In this document: in pieces, positions 1 to 8,369 of the stretch
How positions within the stretch are numbered: position 1 is the first letter of the stretch
Layout of the letters: every line of letters starts with the position of its first letter
IMG/VR virus record: IMGVR_UViG_3300037755_000147
Span: 1 to 48,144 of that record
Source: a virus
Taxonomy: Duplodnaviria; Caudoviricetes
Strand: one strand, 5' to 3'
DNA: 48,144 bases
Position numbers and translations under genes: made by a program
The notes under the pieces: generated by a model
What the model saw: only the letters and a program-made list of their open reading frames with translations
Database searches by the model: none
Told to the model about the DNA's origin: nothing

Positions 1-281
1 TTGTTCGTCACCAGATCGAACTTGCCGACCAGGTCGTAGTGCTTACCCTGAATGGGCTTGTTCAGGTCCACCACCCGCGCGCCCATCTCGGTGTTCACGT
101 CCAGGGCGGTGTAGGATTCGAAGCCAAGCGCCAGATAGAAGGCCTCGGTGCTGGGAAAGGGTTCGTCCGCGGTGAAGCGCTGGTTGCCCAGTTCGCAGAC
201 GCCGGCCTCAGACCACTTATCCCAATTCTGCTCCTGCTGGATCTGCTTCACCGCCTGCGCGGCCAGGGGATGGAACGTCAC
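1..281 (-). CDS. Class I SAM-dependent methyltransferase-like protein (partial, runs off the window)
   Basis: Manual translation from GTG 281 (GTGA overlap with upstream stop): MTFHPLAAQ...VCELGNQ...FYLALGFESYTALDVN...VVDLNKP...FDLVTN; not in ORF track. Confidence 0.6.
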   Translation of the reverse strand, partial: MTFHPLAAQAVKQIQQEQNWDKWSEAGVCELGNQRFTADEPFPSTEAFYLALGFESYTALDVNTEMGARVVDLNKPIQGKHYDLVGKFDLVTN

Positions 282-898
282 GCTTCGCTCTCCTGCCAGG
301 CAAAGATCAGGTCCTTGCCGCAGCTCTCCACCAGATTTGCCCCCAGGCCTTCCATCACATGGCGGGGCCCGTTGTCGCGCTCCCCGTCGCGCCAGCACTC
401 CACGATGACCACCGGCCTGTATGTTTCCAGCGTCGCGCGACTGCCCAGCAGCGCCTTTACCTCATGGCCCTGCACGTCGTACTTGATCAGGTCCGGCGCG
501 AGGCCGAAACTGTCCAGCGTCGCGGCTTCGATCTTCTCGCCCGGCTCAGCCGTCCCGTCGTAGGGACGACACTCCCAGGCGCCGGAATTGACCGGCATAG
601 GATTGACGAGGCTCAGCGTCCCGGCCTTATCCGAGAGCGCGAGGCGATGTGCGATGCTGCGCAGCGGATCCATGTTGCGGCGCAGGCAGGCGAAGTTGTC
701 CGACTGCGGCTCGAAGCACACCACCCGCTCGAAGCCCCTTACGATCATCTGCCGGGACAGCAGCCCCACATGGGCGCCGGCATCTACCGCGAGGCGCTTC
801 GCGCGGCAGTACGGCAAGGCTTTTTCGATGATCAGCTTCTGATAGCCATCCGCCCGCTTGAAGTGGCGGTCAGCCTCGGGAAAGGCCAGGACCGTCAT
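278..898 (-). CDS. FkbM-family methyltransferase
   Basis: VDAGAHVG motif I, CFEP, TLDSF, IKYDVQGHE, RPVVIVE; ATG 898 overlaps upstream TGA. Confidence 0.85.
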   Translation of the reverse strand: MTVLAFPEADRHFKRADGYQKLIIEKALPYCRAKRLAVDAGAHVGLLSRQMIVRGFERVVCFEPQSDNFACLRRNMDPLRSIAHRLALSDKAGTLSLVNPMPVNSGAWECRPYDGTAEPGEKIEAATLDSFGLAPDLIKYDVQGHEVKALLGSRATLETYRPVVIVECWRDGERDNGPRHVMEGLGANLVESCGKDLIFAWQESEA

Positions 899-1632
899 GC
901 GGCTTCGGCCATCTGATCGCCGTAGCGGGCCATAAGGTCCGCCCAGCACTTGCCGGAGCGCATTTCCGCCAGGGTCCATTGGTTGTCGGCGAGCCAGGGA
1001 AACACTCTGTGGCGGCTGCCCATGTTCACCCAGGACGCGGGACTAAAGCCGATCTCCCTGACTCGGTATCCTGCCCGCGCCGCCTCAAGCAAGGCATTGG
1101 ACTGAAAACCGACGACTAGCGAGCAATAGGGCAAAACGTCGGCGAGATCACCGTCATCCTTGTCCTTGACAACCAATTCAGCGGCGCCGGACGACCACGC
1201 ATCAATCTGCTCGCGATCAAATTCGTCAGCATCGATGCCCAAATACGACGCCACATGGCGAGAAATGGGCAAGTAAACGATTCGCCGGCCGCCCTCGGTC
1301 CACGGCTCTATCTCCAGCCCCAGCGCATCCCACCGCTTCCCGTCGCTCGGCTGCGGCGGTCCCTGCAGGTGCCGGTCGCAGAACACCACCCGGTAATAGC
1401 CGTCGTAGTGGCCCCGACCGAAATACCCGTGGTCGATGTAGAAATAGGGGATGCCGTAGAGTTCGCATTCCTTGATGCGCTCTCCGGCCCCTCTCAGAAT
1501 GCCCCACATGGCCGCCATGCCGTGTCCTACCCTGGAGGTGGCCGGGACTAGCTTACCTCCACAGCCTTCAGCGAAGGCGCTACAGACCACCTTGGCGTGT
1601 TGGTGGTCGGCGCAGTAGATGGTTGGGGTCAT
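895..1632 (-). CDS. Putative glycosyltransferase-like protein (KpsC/KpsS capsule-biosynthesis-like)
   Basis: YIDHGYF and VVGFQSNALLEAARAG motifs resemble the KpsS-type GT-B C-terminal signature; recognised by eye. Confidence 0.5.
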   Translation of the reverse strand: MTPTIYCADHQHAKVVCSAFAEGCGGKLVPATSRVGHGMAAMWGILRGAGERIKECELYGIPYFYIDHGYFGRGHYDGYYRVVFCDRHLQGPPQPSDGKRWDALGLEIEPWTEGGRRIVYLPISRHVASYLGIDADEFDREQIDAWSSGAAELVVKDKDDGDLADVLPYCSLVVGFQSNALLEAARAGYRVREIGFSPASWVNMGSRHRVFPWLADNQWTLAEMRSGKCWADLMARYGDQMAEAA

Positions 1633-2483
1633 CGCTGCTTGCCCGCCCCCTGCTTCTCAGCGAACCACTGATCGAGCCATGTGACGAACTGCTGCTGGGT
1701 TTGGGGTGCTGCGTTTTCGATGGCCCACTTCAGGAACGTAAGCCGAGTGCTCGGGATAGCACCATCCCACAATGTCTTTAGCTTGCTGATCCTAGACTGG
1801 GCGTCGGTCGTTTGCACAACATACTTTTTCTTTTCCGACAACACCATATTAGCAAACGACAAACAGGCGTTCATGGACGGCGGCTTAGCGCGCGATTCTT
1901 GCTCACTGAGCCAGGCGTTGAATTTGTCCTCTGGGATGCTAGCTATCCGTTGCGCCCTAAGGGCGGCACGACAGGTAATACCAAAACTTCCCACCGGCCT
2001 ACCTGCCTTACCGCGCAGCATAGAGCGGGTGCTCTTCTTTATGCTACTAACGGTGGACTCGCTAACGCCATATTTCCTAGCAAGAGCCCTGCCAGAACCA
2101 GTGTCCGCCAGGATTTGTGTTACCAATTCATCGGAAATCTGCGGACGTCCGGACCCTCCGACCAAAATCTCTCCGCGCTCCTTCAGTGCTGCAACAAGCT
2201 CGCCAAGGCGGCGGTTGTTATAAAGATATAACTTCGCCGCATTCATGTGCATCTGGGGAAACTTGGATTTGTAGGCATAGGCCTTCATCATTTCAATCGG
2301 GCTCTCCCACGCGAGGCATTCGTCAATCGTGACGGCCTTGGCGATTGCTGCCCTGGCATCCTCAAAGATCGGCAGCTTGTTCCGAATGTCGTCATCCGTG
2401 GTCGCCAGCGCCGTTCCGGTGGCGCCCAAAATCTCCACCTCGTCAGCGGAGTACACTTTTCCTGTGTCGAGAAGTTCCGACAT
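1629..2483 (-). CDS. Hypothetical DNA-binding protein with internal HTH
   Basis: GRALARKYGVSESTVSSIK HTH; flanks resemble the N-terminal region of phage MT-A70-type proteins; visibly more AT-rich than neighbours. Confidence 0.55.
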   Translation of the reverse strand: MSELLDTGKVYSADEVEILGATGTALATTDDDIRNKLPIFEDARAAIAKAVTIDECLAWESPIEMMKAYAYKSKFPQMHMNAAKLYLYNNRRLGELVAALKERGEILVGGSGRPQISDELVTQILADTGSGRALARKYGVSESTVSSIKKSTRSMLRGKAGRPVGSFGITCRAALRAQRIASIPEDKFNAWLSEQESRAKPPSMNACLSFANMVLSEKKKYVVQTTDAQSRISKLKTLWDGAIPSTRLTFLKWAIENAAPQTQQQFVTWLDQWFAEKQGAGKQR

Positions 2484-2577
2484 GCTCTTTTCCTTTGCTC
2501 TAGTTTGCTCTTGGTGCCGAGTGAACCGGAGTCGATACGACTCTCAGCGATCACAAAGAGGCAGGCGCCTCTCCGGC

Positions 2578-4071
2578 TCAGTGCGTCGCGTAGGGATCGA
2601 CCGTCTTCCCCAGCGCCTTGCGGGCGATAGCGCCCCACTTCTCCTCCCAGCGGTCTTCCTCGGTCATCACGAAAGGCCGGGACCGGATCGCATAGGCGGT
2701 CTCGTCGTAAACATGGTCCTCAAGCTTGGTATCAGGGCCCTTGTTCGGGTCCGTCTCGTCCAGGGTGAGAATAGGCACGGTGCGCCACCAATGCGTGCAG
2801 TTGGCCGTCACCAGCAGCATCGGGTGCTCCTCGGTCTTGCCATTCTCCCGAATCAGCGGATTTCCGGCCAGCCGCGCGAGAAATTCGTTGTAGTTCCTCT
2901 CCCGGTCCTTCTGGGACTTGCGCAGGGTGATGGCCGCCTCGTCCATCATGTTCTCAGCCGGGGAAGGCCCGTCGTGCTGCGCCCACATGCCGCTGTCCGC
3001 CACCCGGTAGTCCATCGGCGGCATGCCGCGCGATTCCTCGAAGGCCCGGATTTCCCTGGCAACCGCCCTGGCATCCTTGCGGCAACCTTGATCCGCCTTC
3101 CCGTTCCAGCCGTAAATCTCGGCAAAGCGGATAATCGCCCCAGCGGGCAAATACACCTCCGGCCAATGATCCCGCGCGGCCAGATAAGCCCCATCGGACA
3201 CACAGTAGTAACCAATGCTGAAAGGCTTGCCCGTGCCCCAGTCGATACCCTGGAAGTGTGTCCAGTGCCGGGGTGGCGCAAACGGCCTCACAAGGTGCCG
3301 GTGGCGCTCCACAGGAAGTGCCTGCCCGACAACCGCATCCCAGTCGCCATCCTCATAGGCCCGCCTCAATTCCTCCGGCAGGCCCGCCAGATTCCCCGAG
3401 TAATTGACATCGAGATACGCATTGTCGCGCATCTTCGCCGGAATGAAGATGCTCAGCCGGCCCTTGTCGTCCGGATTACCCTTGGCCCGGAAGTTCGGGT
3501 TGTAAAACAGCCGCTCCGGCTCACAGGCGGTTACGAAGTTTCTCTTAAGGAAGTCGTGGCCGGGCCCACCCGGATTGGAGCCGAAAACAGCTCGGGGCAG
3601 GAGATGACGCAATTGTTCGGGAACGCGCTGTTGAAAGCCGCCAAGCCGATTTCGGCCGATAAGGTAGCTGATCTGCGTTTCCGTGAGGTGCGAGGCCTCG
3701 TCGATCCCCAGCACATGGATCTCGCTCCCCTGGTAGCGCTTAACATCCTGTTCCTTCTCGCAGTAGCAGAACATGATCGCGCTGCCGTTGGCGAAGCTGA
3801 ACTTCTTCTTTGTCTCGTTATACGACCCAACCTCACCCGGCAATTCCTGCTGAATCGCCTTGATGTGGTTGTCTTCCAGCTCCCCAAGCGTCCGCCGGAA
3901 CAGGTAGCACTGGATCCCCGGTACCGTCAGGCACCACAAAATCAAATCCCACCGGATCGCGTGGCTCTTCCCACCCCCCACCGCCCCGCCGTAAAAAACC
4001 AGCGTCGCGGCCGTCTCGTGCAGCAACCGCTGCCGGGCTTGCGGCTCGTAGTCAGGGGCGAATACGGCCAT
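2578..4071 (-). CDS. terL: Terminase large subunit (module 1)
   Basis: Walker A GGAVGGGKS, Walker B LGIDE, SNPG coupling motif, nuclease IDWG and DHVYDE. Confidence 0.93.
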   Translation of the reverse strand: MAVFAPDYEPQARQRLLHETAATLVFYGGAVGGGKSHAIRWDLILWCLTVPGIQCYLFRRTLGELEDNHIKAIQQELPGEVGSYNETKKKFSFANGSAIMFCYCEKEQDVKRYQGSEIHVLGIDEASHLTETQISYLIGRNRLGGFQQRVPEQLRHLLPRAVFGSNPGGPGHDFLKRNFVTACEPERLFYNPNFRAKGNPDDKGRLSIFIPAKMRDNAYLDVNYSGNLAGLPEELRRAYEDGDWDAVVGQALPVERHRHLVRPFAPPRHWTHFQGIDWGTGKPFSIGYYCVSDGAYLAARDHWPEVYLPAGAIIRFAEIYGWNGKADQGCRKDARAVAREIRAFEESRGMPPMDYRVADSGMWAQHDGPSPAENMMDEAAITLRKSQKDRERNYNEFLARLAGNPLIRENGKTEEHPMLLVTANCTHWWRTVPILTLDETDPNKGPDTKLEDHVYDETAYAIRSRPFVMTEEDRWEEKWGAIARKALGKTVDPYATH

Positions 4072-4381
4072 TTTCTACCTGTGGTATGCCGGAAAGCACC
4101 AATCCAGCAACTTCCTTTCTACTGGCTCGGAAGCAAACGTAAGAATGTTGCTGTAATGGCAACCTTCGCGAGATTTCTTTGCTGTCTCTGGGCCGGGATA
4201 GGACTGCGGCAACCTTCCTCGCGGATTTCCTGAAATTTGGCTGGAATGCTTGGTAACCATGGGCGGGCGGGCGTGAATACGCACAAGCCAACTCAGCGAA
4301 GGCCACCCCCTTCACCCAAAGGCCCCCTCCCAGGACTGCCTTAGTTGGCAGTATCGCGATAGATAATCTCCGGCCACAGCC

Positions 4382-4394
4382 TAAGCCATTGATA
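4382..4394 (-). promoter_or_regulatory. IHF-binding consensus
   Basis: TATCAATGGCTTA matches WATCAANNNNTTR in an AT-rich intergenic patch. Confidence 0.5.
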
Positions 4395-4408
4395 TGTATG
4401 TATTAGCA

Positions 4409-4436
4409 AGCGCGCCTAACTGGCATTATGGAAAAT
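4409..4436 (+). other. dif-like XerC/XerD recombination site
   Basis: AGCGCGCCTAA-CTGGCA-TTATGGAAAAT; 11-6-11 layout; arms 8/11 and 9/11 to E. coli dif (GGTGCGCATAA-TGTATA-TTATGTTAAAT). Confidence 0.6.
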
Positions 4437-4494
4437 GCGAGCCAGTATCAGCCGGCAGACTTGGGCGGTGAAGGGCGCGGATGCTGTGGCGCAC

Positions 4495-4692
4495 TCACCC
4501 CAGTTGCTTGGTGGCTTCAGCCTCCTTCAGATCATCACGTCTGCTACTGTAGCCCTGCGTTATGGTACCGCTACCCATGATGGTGCGCACCACGTAGGTT
4601 GGCTCGGCGCTGTACGCGAAGCTCCAACCACATTCGGTCCAGTAGAACTGTGGCTCAGTCATTGTCCTGTCCGGGTTATGGGGCTTAGCCAA
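4495..4692 (-). CDS. Hypothetical protein
   Basis: 65-aa ORF overlapping the upstream gene's stop. Confidence 0.45.
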   Translation of the reverse strand: MAKPHNPDRTMTEPQFYWTECGWSFAYSAEPTYVVRTIMGSGTITQGYSSRRDDLKEAEATKQLG

Positions 4693-4894
4693 TATCAGCC
4701 GTCCATGTGTTGTCTTCCATGGGCTCTATGTCGGCGAGCATCTCAGTAAGCCTGCCGGCTGCCGCCTCAAGATCGAAACGTCCATCCAGGTCAGCTAACG
4801 CGCCGCTGCCCTCGAAGCCACATGCATAGACGTCCACATAAGCGTTCTTCAGGGCCGCCAGCAGCATCTCGGGCGTAATTTCAAACCAGCTCAC
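4685..4894 (-). CDS. Hypothetical protein
   Basis: 69-aa ORF, GTGA overlap with terS stop. Confidence 0.6.
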   Translation of the reverse strand: MSWFEITPEMLLAALKNAYVDVYACGFEGSGALADLDGRFDLEAAAGRLTEMLADIEPMEDNTWTADIG

Positions 4895-5562
4895 TGGCTC
4901 ACCGTCTCAATCTCAATGATGTCCTCATCGCAAGGAATCGCGCCGCGGTTCAGGTCAAACCTGAAATTCACCACCAGGCCATGCCCTCCGCCTTGCCCGG
5001 TTCCGCCCCAATCCTCACGGGTCATGGGGTTTACCTGCAAGAGCTTATCTGAGGCCTTCCAGTCTCCGCGCTTTCCCGCCTCCACCACATAGCCTACCTG
5101 GGCCTGGCAGAACTTGGCATTGGCCGCGTCGAGCTGGTCCGCGAAGTCTTGGTCGTCATCACGCCAGCGCTTGAGTGTGTCCGGATGAATACCCGTAGAC
5201 CGTGCCGCCAGCCTCTGATCGCCCGTCAATTCAACCTGAGCTAGGATATGTGCCGCATTCTCAGGCGTGCGCTTACCCCAATTGGCGATCTGTGTTGCAC
5301 TGCGGGATGGGCCGGTTGCCAGTTGGTTGCCGGTCTGGCTGTGGGTTGCCACAATCGGTTGCCACTTCTCCGCCGCCTCACGCACCTTGGCCGCCTGGGG
5401 ATTGCTTGCCCAGCCCTCGCGGTTGGAGCGCTTTAGGATGGCCTGCTTACTGATCTTGTTGCCCTGGGCCGTCATGTCCCTAGCTATGGCGTTAGCGGCC
5501 TTGCCAGCCTCGTACAGGCGCTTAATCTCATTCCAGGGAACGGGCTTGGTGTTAGCTGGCAT
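4891..5562 (-). CDS. terS: Terminase small subunit (module 1)
   Basis: N-terminal WNEIKRLYEAG...AILKRSNREGW HTH, second HTH (AARSTGIHPDTLKRW), GDWKA motif; upstream of TerL. Confidence 0.75.
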   Translation of the reverse strand: MPANTKPVPWNEIKRLYEAGKAANAIARDMTAQGNKISKQAILKRSNREGWASNPQAAKVREAAEKWQPIVATHSQTGNQLATGPSRSATQIANWGKRTPENAAHILAQVELTGDQRLAARSTGIHPDTLKRWRDDDQDFADQLDAANAKFCQAQVGYVVEAGKRGDWKASDKLLQVNPMTREDWGGTGQGGGHGLVVNFRFDLNRGAIPCDEDIIEIETVSQ

Positions 5563-5594
5563 GGTTACTTCACCCTAAACCCCATCGGCAGCCT
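5468..5594 (+). repeat. 127-bp exact direct repeat, copy 1
   Basis: Identical to 48018-48144. Confidence 0.97.
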
Positions 5595-5756
5595 GTCCGT
5601 CATGCGGCATAGCTCATTGCCATGTGCATCGTACAGGCCGGTAAAGACTGGGCCGTCCTCAGGCTCATGGACCGTTATGTGATCCGGGCCGCCGGTTTCG
5701 TACCAGTAATCATCATCGGCCCTAACTGGACGTGGCCTGCGGGTGATGTAGCTCAC
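5565..5756 (-). CDS. Hypothetical protein (first late gene)
   Basis: GTG 5756 preceded by GGAGG; 63 aa. Confidence 0.6.
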   Translation of the reverse strand: MSYITRRPRPVRADDDYWYETGGPDHITVHEPEDGPVFTGLYDAHGNELCRMTDRLPMGFRVK

Positions 5757-5769
5757 GCGACCTCCGGGC

Positions 5770-5805
5770 ACAAAAATACCCGCTCGCGGCTGGGCCGGGC
5801 GGGGT
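5770..5805 (-). terminator. Intrinsic terminator (tR'-like)
   Basis: GC stem CCCGCCCG...GAGCGGG followed by TATTTTTGT. Confidence 0.55.
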
Positions 5806-5834
5806 GTGGGACGCAAAATCCCATGTTCGCGAAA

Positions 5835-5863
5835 AAGATAGGCTTTATTTGCGAGAACTGCAA
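5835..5863 (-). promoter_or_regulatory. Late promoter (pR'-like)
   Basis: TTGCAG-N17-TATCTT just downstream of the Q-position gene and upstream of a terminator. Confidence 0.55.
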
Positions 5864-5871
5864 ATTCATTT

Positions 5872-6288
5872 TTACGGCCGCCCATTTAGCCATTTGGCGA
5901 GCCGCTCCAGATTGTCCAGGTGCATCCGGTCCACGTAGTAGCGGGATATGCCCAGCACCTTGGCCATGCGGTTGGTAGCGAAGCCACAGGCCTTGCCCCA
6001 CAACACACCCCTGGCGGTGGTGTCCTGGACGCGAAGCAGCCAACCCAAGGTCTCATCCATGCGGTCTATGGCCTCGGGCTTGGGGGCGGATAGCTGGACC
6101 TGGGGCGAGGCCGCAACGTCGTAGGCCTCCCAGAAGTCCTGCACCACGCCGGGCCATGCCGCCTGGTATCTGGCGGGCCGGGCGCCCTTGAGCCTGAGGC
6201 GGCGCAGGGTATCGGCGGCCTCGGCAAGTCTGCCTTGGACGCTCTCGACCGTGTAGAACTCGATTTGAGCATGGGCAAAACGGCTCAT
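5872..6288 (-). CDS. DUF6362-like late transcription regulator (lambda Q position)
   Basis: RLAEAADTLRRL...AWP...AIDRMDETLGWL plus C-terminal HTH; last gene of the early-right operon. Confidence 0.7.
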   Translation of the reverse strand: MSRFAHAQIEFYTVESVQGRLAEAADTLRRLRLKGARPARYQAAWPGVVQDFWEAYDVAASPQVQLSAPKPEAIDRMDETLGWLLRVQDTTARGVLWGKACGFATNRMAKVLGISRYYVDRMHLDNLERLAKWLNGRP

Positions 6289-6294
6289 ATGTAG

Positions 6295-6756
6295 CTATTG
6301 CTCCTCGGGGAGGGGGATGATGCGGTCTTCGGGGTCGAAGCGGAAAAAGCCCTTCCCCTCTTCCTCCCTTCGATATCCAATGCCGGGGCGCGGGCGACTC
6401 AAGGTCGTGCCCTCCTGCATCCTGATAAATACCATGGCGGAAGAGCGGACTGCGCTGGGCACGAACCTGAACCGCGTGCCCGGCTCCACCTCTTCCGGCT
6501 TCACGCCCTTGGGCTTGGGCTTGAGGGAGTCGCGGTAGGCGCGGACTGCGTATTGCAGGGCTAGTTCGCTGTTCAGGGCGGCGCCGGACTCCTCCCACGC
6601 CTCCGCCGCCTTGAGGACGGCCTGGACTTGGGGGGATAGGGGCCCGAAATGGAGATCAATCTCGTCGTCCATGTTGCAATACTCGCATCCGTTGCCTAGA
6701 GAAAAGTAGTTGGCGTGAATCGCGCAGAACGCGACATCACAGCTAGATCTGATCAT
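6295..6756 (-). CDS. Hypothetical protein
   Basis: ATG 6756, ATGA-coupled. Confidence 0.6.
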   Translation of the reverse strand: MIRSSCDVAFCAIHANYFSLGNGCEYCNMDDEIDLHFGPLSPQVQAVLKAAEAWEESGAALNSELALQYAVRAYRDSLKPKPKGVKPEEVEPGTRFRFVPSAVRSSAMVFIRMQEGTTLSRPRPGIGYRREEEGKGFFRFDPEDRIIPLPEEQ

Positions 6757-7025
6757 TTCTGTCCTTCCTCTTGCTTGGGGGTGGCGCGGGCACCGCAGGA
6801 GCACTCGTCATCGTAACTGTATTTTGAACGACACCAATGCTTGCAGCCTGTCTGGGTTTCCTCTCCGCCCTGAGCCGGGATAGCGCGGATGTCTCGGCAC
6901 AATTCCTCTACCAGAATGTGGACCAGCTTAGCGTGTTCTTCTGACCACGCTTGCTTAGCCTTACGCTCAAGCAAGCGTGCTAGCGCCAACGCCTCAGCCC
7001 TCGGGATAAGGTCATCCTTGGTCAT
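6753..7025 (-). CDS. Hypothetical protein
   Basis: ATG 7025 with GGAGGAGG RBS, ATGA-coupled. Confidence 0.65.
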   Translation of the reverse strand: MTKDDLIPRAEALALARLLERKAKQAWSEEHAKLVHILVEELCRDIRAIPAQGGEETQTGCKHWCRSKYSYDDECSCGARATPKQEEGQK

Positions 7026-7243
7026 ATTGGGGTTTCCTCCTCCGGCCAACTGGCCTTGCGGGCAGCCAGGGCGGCATCCGCCATTTCGGCCATCTGACGG
7101 GCAAGAAACTTCGCCGGGTTCTCGCCTGACGCCTTATGGTGATTATCAGTGGCGACCACCACGCTTTCATTCGCCCATGCCCCGCCGAGCGCCGCGCAGT
7201 AAGCCTCCCACCATGCGGCCCGGTCCTCTTCGCGTGTGGTCAT
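7022..7243 (-). CDS. Hypothetical protein
   Basis: ATG 7243 with GAGGAGG RBS; AEMADAALAAR motif common in small phage ORFs. Confidence 0.65.
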   Translation of the reverse strand: MTTREEDRAAWWEAYCAALGGAWANESVVVATDNHHKASGENPAKFLARQMAEMADAALAARKASWPEEETPI

Positions 7244-7467
7244 GGGGTTTTGTCCTCCTCGGTGGTCCGCTCCAGTCGCTGAGCGCCGCACGTCAGGGCG
7301 AAGAACGCTTTCTCGCCAGTCGCGTCGTGAACCACATCACAGCGCCCACGGTTCTCAGCCGTGCAGGCCTCCACCGTCACAATATCGCCCAACTTCGCAA
7401 ACCCTGGCGCCCCCATGCCGGTAATGCGCAGTTTGTCTCCGGGCCTAATCTTGCTGTAGTCAATCAT
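7240..7467 (-). CDS. Hypothetical protein (possible SH3-like beta barrel)
   Basis: ATG 7467; IRPGDKLRI...LGDIVTVE. Confidence 0.65.
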   Translation of the reverse strand: MIDYSKIRPGDKLRITGMGAPGFAKLGDIVTVEACTAENRGRCDVVHDATGEKAFFALTCGAQRLERTTEEDKTP

Positions 7468-7781
7468 GGGGTTTTGTCTCCAAGGGTGGTGCGGGCGAAA
7501 TACTTCTCTGCTGCCCGGTAGAAAGCTTCGCAGTCCTCGCCCAAAAGCAGCGGGTCGTCTCCAAACTCTGCCCATTTCCGCATCCACGTCTCAACCGCCG
7601 CCCGCAGCTTCTCCACCTCTGTGTCAGTGGTGGCGGGCGGGAGGGCGCGGATGTCTTCCATTGCGTACATGGCTACCGCAGCCGCGTTTGGATTGAACGC
7701 GCATTCCTTCCGCTTGCACCATCGAACCCACCGTTCCACCACCGCCAGCACGTCGCTCTCACGCAGGAGCTTTTCAGTCAT
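7464..7781 (-). CDS. Hypothetical protein
   Basis: 105-aa ORF, GGGAGG RBS. Confidence 0.65.
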   Translation of the reverse strand: MTEKLLRESDVLAVVERWVRWCKRKECAFNPNAAAVAMYAMEDIRALPPATTDTEVEKLRAAVETWMRKWAEFGDDPLLLGEDCEAFYRAAEKYFARTTLGDKTP

Positions 7782-7881
7782 TGTCAGTCCTCCCGATCAT
7801 AAAGCCGATAGCAAACACCACGAAGGCGCCGCCAATCAACGTCAGCACCTCGAAGAGGTTTGGATCACACCAGTTGGTCAT
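7774..7881 (-). CDS. Small single-TM protein (35 aa)
   Basis: MTNWCDPNLFEVLTLIGGAFVVFAIGFMIGRTDND; GAGGAGG RBS; below ORF-track cutoff. Confidence 0.55.
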   Translation of the reverse strand: MTNWCDPNLFEVLTLIGGAFVVFAIGFMIGRTDND

Positions 7882-7923
7882 CGTCTTGCCTCCTCGGCAT
7901 GGTCTGTGGTGGGGGTCATATGG

Positions 7924-8355
7924 CTAGAAATCCCCTTCCGCGACCTGACAGCACGGAATACCGTTGGCCCGCCACATGGCGACAACGGACGCACGGTCGT
8001 CAAAGACCAGATCGGGCTTCGGTGATGCCTGGGCCAGCCACCCGGCCTTGAGTTCAGTGTCGGGGGTATGGTCGCCAGCCGGTCGCGAATGGGTCAGTAG
8101 GTGAGAGAAGCCGTATTGTCCCAGCCAGACATGCGTCTTTTCGATCACCTGGGCGCTGCGCCCGGACCATATCTCGATGCGATGACCGGTGATGATCAGC
8201 GAGCGCATGACCTCCATAACCTGCCAATATGGCCGGTCCTGATCGCAGGCTTCGAAGAATGCATCCCAATCCTTCTTGCCATTGGGCTGCTGCACGAAGT
8301 GCTGGCGGTGCTCGTTGAGGGCTAGGGTGCCGTCAAGGTCAAAGACGATGAACAC
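7924..8355 (-). CDS. HAD-family phosphatase (T4 PNK phosphatase-domain-like)
   Basis: FDLDGTL motif I, SGR motif II, FDDR motif IV, QVAEGDF C-terminus. Confidence 0.88.
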   Translation of the reverse strand: MFIVFDLDGTLALNEHRQHFVQQPNGKKDWDAFFEACDQDRPYWQVMEVMRSLIITGHRIEIWSGRSAQVIEKTHVWLGQYGFSHLLTHSRPAGDHTPDTELKAGWLAQASPKPDLVFDDRASVVAMWRANGIPCCQVAEGDF

Positions 8356-8369
8356 GGGCTATTATCCTC

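Noticed and set aside
2522-2580. Three-stem junction as a hammerhead ribozyme
   Set aside because: Lacks the CUGANGA and GAAA core in the required positions
2329-4233. 634-aa plus-strand ORF
   Set aside because: Antisense shadow of terL-1 in GC-rich DNA; no recognisable motifs
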